A DNA stretch of 49,196 nucleotides from an uncultured Bacilli bacterium (GCA_944358165.1 CALVQS010000001.1:1-49196); one strand, 5' to 3'. Counted from the stretch's first letter, positions 25,887-35,996 are shown. Numbers and translations: made by a program. The notes: generated by a model not told the origin, from the letters alone.

Positions 25887-25908
25887 GTTTTTTTTATCCA
25901 AGTTATTC

Positions 25909-26904
25909 CTACGAACCATTCTCAATTAAAGCCTTCATCTGTTTTAATTTTGTTTCCAATAGTTTCTTATCTATCAATTTTAATTTATATTCCGATATTA
26001 AAGTTTGTGACATATTTTTACTTAATGAATATTCAACTACATCTTTATCTTTAGAACTACAAAGAATAATTCCTACACTAGGATTTTCTTGTTCTTTTTT
26101 AACATCTCTATCTAATGCCTCCAAATATAAATTCATTTTCCCTAAATATTCTGCCTTAAATTCTCCTAATTTTAGTTCAAATGCTACTAAACAAGACAAT
26201 TCCCTATTATAAAATAACAAATCAATAAAGAAATCGTGATTACCAACTTGGATTCTGTATTCATCTCCAATAAAAGTAAAATCTTTCCCCACTTCTAATA
26301 TAAAATCTTTTAAATTTGCGAGTATAGCATTTTTCAAATCTTTTTCAGAATATCCACTCGGCAAATCTAAAAATTCTAAACTATAAGTATCTAAAATTCT
26401 TGTGTTAGGATAATCATTTTCATCAATCGTTTTATTAGTAGTAGGTAATTGTTTACCATCAGATAGCATATATCTTTCATAATAGGATGAAGTTATCTGC
26501 CTATCTAATTCTCTTTTAGAATAATTGTTTTTAATTGATAATTGTAAGTAAAAATGTCTTTCTTCTTTTGATTTAGAACCACTTAAAATAAGAAGATTAT
26601 TTGTCCATGATAATTGCGTCACCAGTGGTGTCGCAATCTCATCATCCTTATAGGTACTATAAAATTGAATCATTCTTTCTATATTTCTTTTAGTAAATCC
26701 TTTAATAGTGGGATAATTAACTTTCATAAAGTCCGCTGCCTTAGTAGTAATTTTATCACCATAACCACTATTTTCCTTTAATTCATATAAAAACTTACCA
26801 ACTTCCAAATAAAGCAAAATCATTTCTTCATTTACTTTTCTATAAGCATTATTTTTTCTTCTTTCAATCATTTCAATAATTTGATTAAAATTAACATCTA
26901 ACAT
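25909..26904 (-). CDS. DUF1016 / YhcG-family PD-(D/E)XK nuclease
   Basis: DUF1016 N-terminal helical domain (LSWTNNLLIL..EERHFYL..NNYSKRELDRQI) and a C-terminal nuclease core FFIDLLFY...LVAFELKLG (D...ExK). ATG at 26904 with AAGGAG RBS. Confidence 0.85.
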   Translation of the reverse strand: MLDVNFNQIIEMIERRKNNAYRKVNEEMILLYLEVGKFLYELKENSGYGDKITTKAADFMKVNYPTIKGFTKRNIERMIQFYSTYKDDEIATPLVTQLSWTNNLLILSGSKSKEERHFYLQLSIKNNYSKRELDRQITSSYYERYMLSDGKQLPTTNKTIDENDYPNTRILDTYSLEFLDLPSGYSEKDLKNAILANLKDFILEVGKDFTFIGDEYRIQVGNHDFFIDLLFYNRELSCLVAFELKLGEFKAEYLGKMNLYLEALDRDVKKEQENPSVGIILCSSKDKDVVEYSLSKNMSQTLISEYKLKLIDKKLLETKLKQMKALIENGS

Positions 26905-26992
26905 TTTTACAACTCCTTTCTTTTCCACAGGCATTATATATGAAAACAAATATAAGCATTCTAATCAGAACATACAAATATTTTTTATAAAA

Positions 26993-27412
26993 TTAATAAT
27001 ACATTGCTAAAGGGTGAATCACATAAATTTCTGTTCTTTCTGTGTATAGCTTCAATAAAACTTGGTTAACAAATTTATACATTTCCGCAAAAGCATTATT
27101 ATTATCAATCAATTCATTATTTTCACTAATTATATTAGTTACATAACCAATTATTTCTATTTGTCCTCCATATTTAAATGCTACATTTTGGGGATTATCT
27201 CTAAAATTATTATCATTAAGAACTACTAAACATTCTTTCGTCATTATAAATCTTGTATAAGGTAAAGTATTTCTCGCAACATCTATTGTTTCTAATAGAT
27301 TTTTTCTTTCTTCTTCGGCAGATTTTACTTGTTCTTCTAATTCTTTCAATTTTAATTTTATTCTCATATCTTGTTTTTGTTGATTTGTTAAAGACTCTTT
27401 AAAATTTTTCAT
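26993..27412 (-). CDS. hypothetical protein, probably a 5'-truncated remnant
   Basis: 139-aa ORF. The same frame stays open a further 57 codons upstream (to 27583) with no ATG, GTG or TTG start and no RBS at 27412, which suggests a decayed longer gene. Confidence 0.4.
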   Translation of the reverse strand: MKNFKESLTNQQKQDMRIKLKLKELEEQVKSAEEERKNLLETIDVARNTLPYTRFIMTKECLVVLNDNNFRDNPQNVAFKYGGQIEIIGYVTNIISENNELIDNNNAFAEMYKFVNQVLLKLYTERTEIYVIHPLAMYY

Positions 27413-27681
27413 TTCATTTTTTTGTTGTTTAATCGAGAAAGTATATGCCCCTTTTTCAGAAAATAGTTTTTCAAAATAATCAAAATCAAAAAAAGTAACA
27501 TTTTCATTTAAAGATATTACATCACCAATTTTAAAGTTATCAATTTTTATAATATTCTTTTTTAAAAAATGGTTGCGTTCAACTTAATGACTGATTAAGA
27601 TATTCATAATAAGCAACATTTAAAAAAAGAAAAGTATCATTTAAATTCTTAAGACAATGAGTGAATAAAAATTTCAAATCA

Positions 27682-27912
27682 TTATTTTTTTGACTTCTCT
27701 TTAGAAATATATAATATTAAAAGTATTATACCTACTAGATTAATTCCGACAGATAACCCCAGTAATAGCCCATTCGTAAATTCTCCAAATGAACTTGTTT
27801 CATTACCAGTAAAAAATATATATGATAAATATAATATGTTTCCTAATATTATTAAGAAAACTCCTATTTTAAGTTTATTCATTTTATCCTTTTTCTTATT
27901 AAATAATTCCAT
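27682..27912 (-). CDS. small two-TM membrane protein, unknown function
   Basis: 76 aa with two hydrophobic helices and basic termini. Weak GGAG-type RBS. Confidence 0.45.
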   Translation of the reverse strand: MELFNKKKDKMNKLKIGVFLIILGNILYLSYIFFTGNETSSFGEFTNGLLLGLSVGINLVGIILLILYISKEKSKK

Positions 27913-28071
27913 AATAATATCTCCAATCTTATTCGCAAATTACTATTTGTTGTTTAAATCCCAAGTTGCTTTAAATGAATATAATACAAATGATAATTGT
28001 GTCATAAATTTTATTGTAAGAAAGCTATAAATATAAAATGATTTACAATCTATTTTTGATAAACTTCATAA

Positions 28072-28227
28072 TTACTTTTTAAATACTAAAATTGCTTTTG
28101 CTGTACCTGTAACAGACATCGCAACAAGTTCATAACCATCTTGTAACATTTCATTTGCTTTTTCTTCAATTCTTTTTGCCATATCATCTGCTTTTGGCAA
28201 ATATTCAATAACAACCGTTTTATACAC
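28072..28227 (-). CDS. small protein not in the ORF track (51 aa, DUF4177-like?)
   Basis: AGGAGGTG RBS then GTG. Translation: (M)YKTVVIEYLPKADDMAKRIEEKANEMLQDGYELVAMSVTGTAKAILVFKK. Sits 11 nt downstream of the flavodoxin gene. Confidence 0.45.
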   Translation of the reverse strand: MYKTVVIEYLPKADDMAKRIEEKANEMLQDGYELVAMSVTGTAKAILVFKK

Positions 28228-28238
28228 AATTCCACCTC

Positions 28239-28769
28239 CTAATCATTTTTAATTTCTTTAACAACATCATCTAACTGTTTAAAATCAACAAAGCTAACAT
28301 TCTTTTGATAAGTATCAACTATCACTTGATATTCTCCACTTTCTTTTGAGCGCTTTTTTAAAAAATGATAAAGCAAACTCATCAACGTTTTATGAGCAAA
28401 TTTCAATTTAGAATAATCAATTGCTCCCCTCATATGAAATATTTTAGCATGCTGATATATTTCTTTTGACACTTGACTTTGAATTGATTTTAGAATACTA
28501 TTTCTTGTTGCTTCATTACTAGGATCTGTTAAACCAACCGTTACTAAGATAATTTTCTTATGTTCAAGATTTTTTAAGGATCTAAATGTTTTTGCAAGTC
28601 CCTTAACAACTCCTGCATACAAAGCTCCAAAATAAATAATCGTATCATACGGATTAATATCTTTAACATCCTTATAAGAAATCGCATCAATCCCCGTGAT
28701 TTTTGATAACTCTAAAGCATAGCTTTTTGTTGCACCATAACAAGATGCATAAATAATAATCTTACTCAC
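28239..28769 (-). CDS. flavodoxin-domain protein
   Basis: IIIYASCYGATKSYA N-terminal flavodoxin-like loop. The start is probably GTG 28769, because the listed GTG at 28778 lies inside the AGGTGA RBS. Confidence 0.7.
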   Translation of the reverse strand: MSKIIIYASCYGATKSYALELSKITGIDAISYKDVKDINPYDTIIYFGALYAGVVKGLAKTFRSLKNLEHKKIILVTVGLTDPSNEATRNSILKSIQSQVSKEIYQHAKIFHMRGAIDYSKLKFAHKTLMSLLYHFLKKRSKESGEYQVIVDTYQKNVSFVDFKQLDDVVKEIKND

Positions 28770-28795
28770 AAATATCACCTAAATTTATATCAAAA

Positions 28796-30304
28796 CTATG
28801 ACTTTAAATCATATTTTTGAACAACATAATTTTCATTAGCATCAATTAGCAAATACATATAATTTTCATCAAAAGAAACCTTACGAATTCCATCAAATCG
28901 TTCGATACTTTTACCATCATAAACTAGAACAGTACCTAAATTATCGGTTGAAGTATAGTATTTAAGATTGTCTGTATTTTCTGTAAATATAAGTTTATCA
29001 TTTATATTATAAACATAATCAGGCTTATCATTAATATTACTTACAACCAAACGAAACTGATTATTATTTACGTCAAACTCGTAAATTTTTCCATATACAT
29101 AATAATAATTATCACTATTATTTCCACTACTTATTCTATGAATATCTCCTAAACTACAGTAAAATCTTTTTTCTATCTGTTTTGTGTTAACATTTAACTT
29201 ATAAATATAATTTTTTAATTTAAAATACAAGTAATTTTGATTTACAGCAATAAACTGGATATCTTTAGCATTTTCATCATCAAAAGTATATACAATACTG
29301 TTATTTTTATATATCGTTGGATATTCAGAATAAAAATCTTCTAAAAAATAAACATTACCTCCATCATAATCTAAATAATATTGATTACCAGAGAGACTAT
29401 GTGTCGTTTTCACCTCAGATATCGTTTTATTTGTATCTAAATCTATTTTTTTAAAAATAGCATAGGAATCTCCTGCAACAGCATGATCTATTAAAGCATA
29501 TACTTTTCCATCTTTTAATGTTTTACTAAGATAATTATCATCATTACCTAAACTAGTGATTTCCCCTGTTGATAAATTAATCTTTTTATTTTCCCCATAA
29601 TACATAGTATAATAATAAGCTTCATTGTTATATACAAAATAGAAATCTGCATATCTTAATTCATCAGTTTCAACAAGTTTTTGATTATCAGTTCCATCTA
29701 AATTCATAACAAAAAGTTGATCGTATAATTCTGTATAATCATTATTATTATCTAATACATAATAATAAATTTTGTCATTATAAATAAAATAATAAGATGT
29801 TGAACTATAAAATAAAGAACTAGGAGAATTATCCAAAACTTCTGCTAAATTTTTATTTTTATTATTATAAATATTTAAAAACACCGTAAACGTAATAATA
29901 ATTAAAAGCAAAGAGATTAAAACTATTTTAAATATTTTTTTATTTTTATGAGATAATTTAACATAAATATTATTTAATAACTTAATAATTCCATAAACAA
30001 TCCAAATAAATGCAATAATAACAAATGCTCCAATCAAATATATAAAAGCACCAATAAAAGCAAAAGCACTTAACAAAGGTCCAAGAATTTCATTAGGATT
30101 AAATTCAGAAGAAAGAAATATGCTTGATATTACTCTAATCCCTGCTATAACAACAACTATAATCGTTAATATTATGCATATTTTCTTAAACATTTTCATA
30201 AATTTAGAATTATCTTTTTGCTTTAACCCTTCATCTTCTCTTGTTTTAATAACATTATTTACGTTATGATCCATATTTTGATTCATCTTATCTCTCAACC
30301 TCAC
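28796..30304 (-). CDS. membrane-anchored beta-propeller-like repeat protein (DUF5050-like)
   Basis: N-terminal TM segments followed by 7 or more repeats of aromatic blades (KIYYYV, EAYYYT, NVYFLE, YLYFKL, YYYVYGKIYEF, YMYLL). Start uncertain. Confidence 0.65.
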   Translation of the reverse strand: MRLRDKMNQNMDHNVNNVIKTREDEGLKQKDNSKFMKMFKKICIILTIIVVVIAGIRVISSIFLSSEFNPNEILGPLLSAFAFIGAFIYLIGAFVIIAFIWIVYGIIKLLNNIYVKLSHKNKKIFKIVLISLLLIIITFTVFLNIYNNKNKNLAEVLDNSPSSLFYSSTSYYFIYNDKIYYYVLDNNNDYTELYDQLFVMNLDGTDNQKLVETDELRYADFYFVYNNEAYYYTMYYGENKKINLSTGEITSLGNDDNYLSKTLKDGKVYALIDHAVAGDSYAIFKKIDLDTNKTISEVKTTHSLSGNQYYLDYDGGNVYFLEDFYSEYPTIYKNNSIVYTFDDENAKDIQFIAVNQNYLYFKLKNYIYKLNVNTKQIEKRFYCSLGDIHRISSGNNSDNYYYVYGKIYEFDVNNNQFRLVVSNINDKPDYVYNINDKLIFTENTDNLKYYTSTDNLGTVLVYDGKSIERFDGIRKVSFDENYMYLLIDANENYVVQKYDLKS

Positions 30305-30434
30305 TACAATTTAATTTTAACATATTTTCAATAACTTTGACTATTTTTTTATTTTATCTATATTAATTTTACAATTAACAAAAAAGAAAAACATAAACTC
30401 CACTTTTCTGTTATAATAGTTTTAGGTGGTACTG

Positions 30435-31331
30435 ATGAATGATTTATTTTTAGATATAATAAAACAATTATCAAAATATGATATTAATATGAAAGAAAAT
30501 TATCAATTATACCGAAACATTCAAAACAAAACTCCCCTTCAAAAGAAATACAAAAAGTTTGCAGATAACGAATTTACTTATAACATATTTGAACCAAAAA
30601 AGAAAGAATATAAAGAAACAATTATTTATATCCATGGTGGAGGATGGGTACTTGGAAGCACCAATTTTTATAGCCTCCTTTTACATCATCTAGCAAACGA
30701 ACTAAAAAGAACCATCATATCCATAGATTATCCTCTAGCACCAGAACATCCATTTCCAGAAGGTTTTGAATATTTATATAATGCTATCAAAAATTTATGT
30801 TTTAATTCCACCAAATTTTCCATAGACAAAGAAAACTTAATCATCATGGGTGATTCAGCTGGAGCAAATCTAGCAACCAGCATATGTATCAAAGCGAAAA
30901 GAAAAAAAGATTTTAAAATAGCAAAAGAAATACTACTCTACCCAATCGTTCAAACAAACTTCACAAACAAGAACAAGTACAAATCCATTAACCAAAATGG
31001 AGAGGACTTTTTTCTAAGTAAAAAAATGATTAATGACTATCTAGAGCTTTACATCAACAATAAAAAGGACTATAAAAACAAATTTGTAGCCCCTCTATAC
31101 GCCAAAAACTTATTTAATATGCCAGAAACATTGATTATTACCGCCGATCTTGATCCTCTAAGAGATGAAGGATATGCTTATGCTAAAAAATTAAAAAGAT
31201 ATTTCAATAAAGTAACATATTATAATATGAAAGGTGTAATTCATGGTTTCTTTAATAATTTTTTTTATTTTAAAGAAAACCATCATGTTTTAAAAATAAT
31301 AAAAAGATTTGTAGGTGATAAAATTGAATAG
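30435..31331 (+). CDS. alpha/beta hydrolase, hormone-sensitive-lipase family esterase
   Basis: HGGGW oxyanion motif, GDSAGANL nucleophile elbow, DPLRDEG and a late His (VIHGF). ATG at 30435 after AGGTGG. Confidence 0.85.
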   Translation: MNDLFLDIIKQLSKYDINMKENYQLYRNIQNKTPLQKKYKKFADNEFTYNIFEPKKKEYKETIIYIHGGGWVLGSTNFYSLLLHHLANELKRTIISIDYPLAPEHPFPEGFEYLYNAIKNLCFNSTKFSIDKENLIIMGDSAGANLATSICIKAKRKKDFKIAKEILLYPIVQTNFTNKNKYKSINQNGEDFFLSKKMINDYLELYINNKKDYKNKFVAPLYAKNLFNMPETLIITADLDPLRDEGYAYAKKLKRYFNKVTYYNMKGVIHGFFNNFFYFKENHHVLKIIKRFVGDKIE

Positions 31332-32568
31332 ACATGATAAATGGTACAAACTAGATAATGCTGCCAAAATATTTCCACCAACCACTGCCTTTTACGATCC
31401 CAAAATATTTCGTATTTCGGTACTCTTAAAAAATCCAGTCAACAAAGAAAATTTACAAAATGCTCTAAACGAAACTTTAGAAGATTTTTCAATCTTTAAA
31501 TCGGTTTTAAAAAAAGGATTATTTTGGTATTATCTAGAAGAAACAAACTATAAAGCTTATGTAAAAGAAGAAAAAAACAGCCCATGTGAACGATTAAACA
31601 CTCCCCTATTATTTGAAGTAACATACTATAAAAATAAAATAAATCTTGAAGTTTATCATGCCCTAAGTGATGGTGCAGGTTGCATTACCTTCTTTGAAAA
31701 CTTAATTTACAACTATCTCAAAAAAGAATATCATCTAAAAGATAATACCATTATTACCAAAAGTTCAAAACTTGAAAAAGAAGTAGATAGTTTTGCAAAA
31801 TACTACAATCCTAAAAATAAAATTAAAATAGCAAACAAAGAAAATGCCTATCAACTAAAAGGTAGATGGTATCAAGAAGGAAAAATAAGAATCATAACTG
31901 GTAGTACAAGTACTGAAAAACTAAAAAATCTTGCACATAAATATAACACAACCATCACAGGAATCTTAATTAGCCTTGTCATTAAAAGTATGGAAGACAT
32001 CTTAAGCATCAAAGAAAAAAGAAAACCAATTTCCATCACCGTTCCCATTGATTTAAGAAAATACTTTAATTCAAAAACAGTCCGTAACTTCTTTAATGTT
32101 ACCAACATATATTATAAGTTTGAGAAGAATAATACGCCAATAGAAGAAATCGTAAAAGTAGTTGATAAAGAATTAAAGGAAAGTTTAAGTGAAGAAGCAA
32201 TAAACACAAATATGAGCAAAATGATTTGGTTAGAAAATTTCTTTATTATCCGTTTAATTCCCTTATTTATTAAAGACAAAGTAATGAAATACACTTATAA
32301 ACTAACCAGAAAAAAACAAACCATGGGTTTATCAAATGTAGGAATGATTCACCTGCCAGCTAGTTGCAAACCATACATTGATAAATTCTTAATCATGAAT
32401 AGTACCGATGCACTAGAAGCATGTATCATTTCTTATGAAGATGAATTAAGCATTTCTTTTTCTTCTCACTTTATCAACAGTGAACTAGAAAAAAATTTCT
32501 TTCGCCTACTAAAAAGTTACAATCTAGATATTACAATCTACACAAACGAAATAGAGGGAGATGATTAA
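31315..32568 (+). CDS. condensation/alcohol-acyltransferase-like protein (HxxxD acyltransferase)
   Basis: HALSDGAG catalytic-type motif in a ~410-aa soluble protein. It overlaps the esterase stop. Start is GTG 31315 or TTG 31324 (AGGTGA RBS). Confidence 0.65.
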   Translation: MIKLNRHDKWYKLDNAAKIFPPTTAFYDPKIFRISVLLKNPVNKENLQNALNETLEDFSIFKSVLKKGLFWYYLEETNYKAYVKEEKNSPCERLNTPLLFEVTYYKNKINLEVYHALSDGAGCITFFENLIYNYLKKEYHLKDNTIITKSSKLEKEVDSFAKYYNPKNKIKIANKENAYQLKGRWYQEGKIRIITGSTSTEKLKNLAHKYNTTITGILISLVIKSMEDILSIKEKRKPISITVPIDLRKYFNSKTVRNFFNVTNIYYKFEKNNTPIEEIVKVVDKELKESLSEEAINTNMSKMIWLENFFIIRLIPLFIKDKVMKYTYKLTRKKQTMGLSNVGMIHLPASCKPYIDKFLIMNSTDALEACIISYEDELSISFSSHFINSELEKNFFRLLKSYNLDITIYTNEIEGDD

Positions 32569-33225
32569 ATGAATAAATGTCCAAAATGCGAAATGATTTT
32601 AAAAACAAATAGCAATGTTTGTCCTTTATGTCATAACAAAATTGATTTAAAGCAAAAAAATAGTATTTATCCAGAATTAAAAACTTATTCGAACTATAAT
32701 TTATTAATCAGATTATCTTTATTTATCACCATTTGTGGAATCATTTTTTCTTTACTAATCAATTACTGGGTAAATAAAGAAATATCTTGGTCAGTATTTG
32801 TTATACTAGGAATCTTATCTTTTTGGTTAACCTTTAGTACTGGCATCAATCGCAAACATAATTTTATGAGAATCTTATTCACAGAAATCTTAAGTATTAT
32901 GATTTTATCCATTATTTGGGATTTACTAACTGGTTTTCACAAGTGGTCACTCATGTTTGTCCTACCTCTTTTATGTATTGCATACACCATTACTTTCTTA
33001 ATTATCCGGATATTTACAAGACAAACACGAAAAGAATATATTTTATATACTTATCTAAACTCTTTAATTGGTTTAATTCCTCTTTACTTTATTATTGGTA
33101 ACAAATTAAGTGTTTTAATACCATCTTATATTTCTGTATCCATTAGTATTTTTGCTTTAATTTTTCTCTTTATCTTTAACCAACACACCCTAGAAGATGA
33201 AATCGAAAGACGTCTTCATATCTAG
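32569..33225 (+). CDS. zinc-ribbon-headed polytopic membrane protein (DUF6320-like)
   Basis: N-terminal CPKC...CPLC zinc ribbon and about 5 TM helices. The start abuts the preceding stop (TAAATG). Confidence 0.6.
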   Translation: MNKCPKCEMILKTNSNVCPLCHNKIDLKQKNSIYPELKTYSNYNLLIRLSLFITICGIIFSLLINYWVNKEISWSVFVILGILSFWLTFSTGINRKHNFMRILFTEILSIMILSIIWDLLTGFHKWSLMFVLPLLCIAYTITFLIIRIFTRQTRKEYILYTYLNSLIGLIPLYFIIGNKLSVLIPSYISVSISIFALIFLFIFNQHTLEDEIERRLHI

Positions 33226-33713
33226 TTAATAATCATAAAGATAATATCTAAAATAAACAAGAAAACAAACAAGAAAGATACCCATTTGGGTATTTTTTGA
33301 ATGAATTTATTTACCCAAGGAAGAACAAAATAATTAATCGCTGTTGCAAGAAGTCCCCATAATAAAGATACTTCTAAACAAATATATTTTCCATAATTAA
33401 AGCGCATATTCGTATAATCCCAATAAGTACGGTGAAAAATAGTTTCAATAAGCATACCGCCACTAAATTCAACCAAAGTCATTAAAATTGTAATGCCAAC
33501 ATAAAAAAGCAAAACTTCTTTCCATTTCTTTAAATGATACTGCCCTAAAAACTTATTTAAGACGACAATAAGTAAAGCTCCAATCCCATAAATAAATGTC
33601 CAAGGTCCATACAAAATACCACTATTAAAATTATCATTAAAAAAGATATTAAGAAAACTCTCAAACAAAAATCCCATAAAAGAAAAAACAAAGAAAATAT
33701 TAATATAATACAT
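33222..33713 (-). CDS. putative ABC-transporter type IV / DUF1113 membrane protein
   Basis: FSFMGFLFESFLN...GILYGPWTFIYGIGALL matches my recollection of PF06541. Confidence 0.65.
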   Translation of the reverse strand: MYYINIFFVFSFMGFLFESFLNIFFNDNFNSGILYGPWTFIYGIGALLIVVLNKFLGQYHLKKWKEVLLFYVGITILMTLVEFSGGMLIETIFHRTYWDYTNMRFNYGKYICLEVSLLWGLLATAINYFVLPWVNKFIQKIPKWVSFLFVFLFILDIIFMIIN

Positions 33714-33725
33714 AACAATCCTCCT

Positions 33726-34232
33726 TTACTTAATATACCCATTATGAACAATTTTAGTATCTTTAACAACAATAAAAGCTTTGGGATCTAATTCTTTAAT
33801 TAATTGAATCGTTTCATTCGTATTTTTACTTCGAACATCAACCAAGATTAAATCTTTTTTATCACGATAATTATTTTTTAAAGCAATTACAGACACAGCA
33901 CACCCAGCACTTCGAAGCCCATTAATTAACTTTATATTATTTCTAGAAGTTGTAACTTCAATGCTATTCACATTTTTAATAAACTTACGAGATAAACATC
34001 CCCCAATATAAGTACCAGTTGCATAACCAAGAGAATAAAAAATAGGAATCAGAATACTATCAATATTGGTATTTAATGCTTTTCTCGCAGCAATAAACCA
34101 AACAAACACTTCTAGAAATGCTAATATAGGTGTAAAAATACTCTTTTTTCGAACCATAATCATCATTCGAAAAGTTGAAATAGAAACATCAATAATTCTA
34201 GCTAAAAAAATTTCTAAACAAACAAAAAGCAT
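33726..34232 (-). CDS. UPF0316 family protein (DUF5698 + DUF2179)
   Basis: N-terminal membrane region ARIIDVSISTFRMMIMVRKK...FLEVFVWF and a C-terminal DUF2179-like domain. Confidence 0.78.
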   Translation of the reverse strand: MLFVCLEIFLARIIDVSISTFRMMIMVRKKSIFTPILAFLEVFVWFIAARKALNTNIDSILIPIFYSLGYATGTYIGGCLSRKFIKNVNSIEVTTSRNNIKLINGLRSAGCAVSVIALKNNYRDKKDLILVDVRSKNTNETIQLIKELDPKAFIVVKDTKIVHNGYIK

Positions 34233-34267
34233 AATACCACCATTAGTATTATGCCAAAAAATTACAA

Positions 34268-34546
34268 TTACATAACTTTTAATATTGCAACAATAACCAA
34301 AATAATAACAACCAGTACAATAAATACAGCTCCCAAATACTTATTATCTTTTTGTGTCTTATACTCTCTTTGAATTGGTTCTTTACTGTAACGATCGCTA
34401 AGTAAATTTACTTCTACTTTTGTTTTTTCTTTTTCTTCCATAAATTTCTTTTGCATCTTTATTTGTTCTTCATCCATCATAGCGCCACAACTACGACATA
34501 CAAAACCAGTACTAGGTAGAGCTGCACCACACTTTTTACAATACAT
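34268..34546 (-). CDS. zinc-ribbon protein with C-terminal TM anchor
   Basis: MYCKKCGAALPSTGFVCRSCG zinc ribbon and a C-terminal hydrophobic helix. ATG at 34546 after GGTGA. Confidence 0.6.
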   Translation of the reverse strand: MYCKKCGAALPSTGFVCRSCGAMMDEEQIKMQKKFMEEKEKTKVEVNLLSDRYSKEPIQREYKTQKDNKYLGAVFIVLVVIILVIVAILKVM

Positions 34547-34628
34547 AAGCTTCACCACTATTATTGTAAACGATTATCAAACTTTTTAGTAAAGTTATTA
34601 CATTTTATTTACAAATTGTTTACAAATT

Positions 34629-35942
34629 TTATCTTTTCAAATTACTTAAGCAAAAAGTAGCATATAAAGGAATAGATTTAATATTATTTTCATAGCCAAA
34701 ATTTTTTGTACTTAACCGAATACCATATTTAGGTTTATATTTATCCATATAAATTTGCAAACTTTTTGATTGAATACGATTACTAGCTTTTACCTCAATA
34801 GGAATAATACCATCATTTGTAGTTATTAAAAAATCAATTTCTGCATCCCCTTTACTTCTCCAATAAATAAGAGGAATTGCCATTGTATTCAACTCTTCAG
34901 CAACATAATTTTCTGCAATAGCCTCTTTAAACACAAAATTAGTATCATTAATAATATCATTAACACCCACATCACAAATACTATTAAGAATTCCAGCATC
35001 ACTATAATAAACTTTAAAAATATCTCTATTTAAATAAACTTTTAAAGGAATTTCAACTTTATCGGTATAATAACAACTTAAGATAATACCTCCAGAATTA
35101 AGCCAATCTAAAGCTGTTTCAAATTTTCTCTTACAAGCACTTTCTTCAATGAGCTTATATTGAAACTTTTTATTTTCTTTAGCAAGTTCTTTTGGGATAC
35201 TTAAATATACTTTCTCGATTTTAACACTTTCATTTTTATTAAGAGTGTATTTATTCATATCACTAATATACATATCGACAATCGACTTGACAATATTTCT
35301 ATTAAATTTAACAATATCTCCCCCACATTCAATATAATTATTTATAGCCTCAGGCATTCCTCCTACAATTAAATAATGTTTATAAAGCATTAAAGCTTTT
35401 TCGTGTAAATCATTTGGCATTGAAGTCATATTTTGATAATGATAAAAAATTTCTTCTAATAACATATTTTGACCTAAAGCACTTAAAAACTCCTTAAAAC
35501 TCATGGGATGCATATATTCTAATTCAACTTTGCCAACAGGAAAAGACGAATTAAACCGATTTAATTTTACTCCGAGCAAAGATCCTGCACAAATAATCCG
35601 ATAATTTATTTTACTTTCGCAAAAATATTTTAAAGATGTAATAAACTTTTCGGAAACTTGAACTTCATCAAAAAAAAATACGGTAGAAGAAACATCAATT
35701 GTTTTTTCCAATCTAATTTCAATTTTACGTATAATCTCTTCAGGTTTTAATGTATCTTCAAAAATTTCTGCAATCTCTTTATCTTTTTCTAAATTAAAAT
35801 ATAAATAATTATCAAAATTAGCTTTGCAAAAACTTTCAATAAGATAAGTTTTCCCAATTTGTCTTGCCCCAATAATCATTAAAGGCTTATTTAAATTCAT
35901 TGTTTTCCACAAATATAGTACATTTTCAAAATCTCTTTTCAT
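34629..35942 (-). CDS. AAA+ ATPase, AAA_14 + DUF4143 type (second copy)
   Basis: Walker A GARQIGKT, Walker B FFFDEVQ, and a C-terminal DUF4143-like region ending ...GDAEIDFLI...IPIEVKAS (PD-(D/E)XK-like). Confidence 0.8.
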   Translation of the reverse strand: MKRDFENVLYLWKTMNLNKPLMIIGARQIGKTYLIESFCKANFDNYLYFNLEKDKEIAEIFEDTLKPEEIIRKIEIRLEKTIDVSSTVFFFDEVQVSEKFITSLKYFCESKINYRIICAGSLLGVKLNRFNSSFPVGKVELEYMHPMSFKEFLSALGQNMLLEEIFYHYQNMTSMPNDLHEKALMLYKHYLIVGGMPEAINNYIECGGDIVKFNRNIVKSIVDMYISDMNKYTLNKNESVKIEKVYLSIPKELAKENKKFQYKLIEESACKRKFETALDWLNSGGIILSCYYTDKVEIPLKVYLNRDIFKVYYSDAGILNSICDVGVNDIINDTNFVFKEAIAENYVAEELNTMAIPLIYWRSKGDAEIDFLITTNDGIIPIEVKASNRIQSKSLQIYMDKYKPKYGIRLSTKNFGYENNIKSIPLYATFCLSNLKR

Positions 35943-35967
35943 AAAACCAATCCTTACTTACAAATCC

Positions 35968-35996
35968 ATTCTAACATAAAAAATCAAAAAATGCAA
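35968..35996 (-). promoter_or_regulatory. promoter of the second AAA ATPase gene
   Basis: Minus strand reads TTGCAT, a 17-nt spacer (with TG of an extended -10), then TAGAAT. The -35 hexamer belongs to the first 33-bp repeat unit. Confidence 0.45.

Noticed and set aside
25476-28230. Looked for a direct repeat of the tRNA-Gly 3' end (…TTCGAATCTGCTTACTTGCTCCA) downstream, to delimit the island.
   Set aside because: I saw no copy in the intergenic regions I could scan by eye up to about 36 kb. The far boundary therefore stays undefined and I do not claim an island end point.
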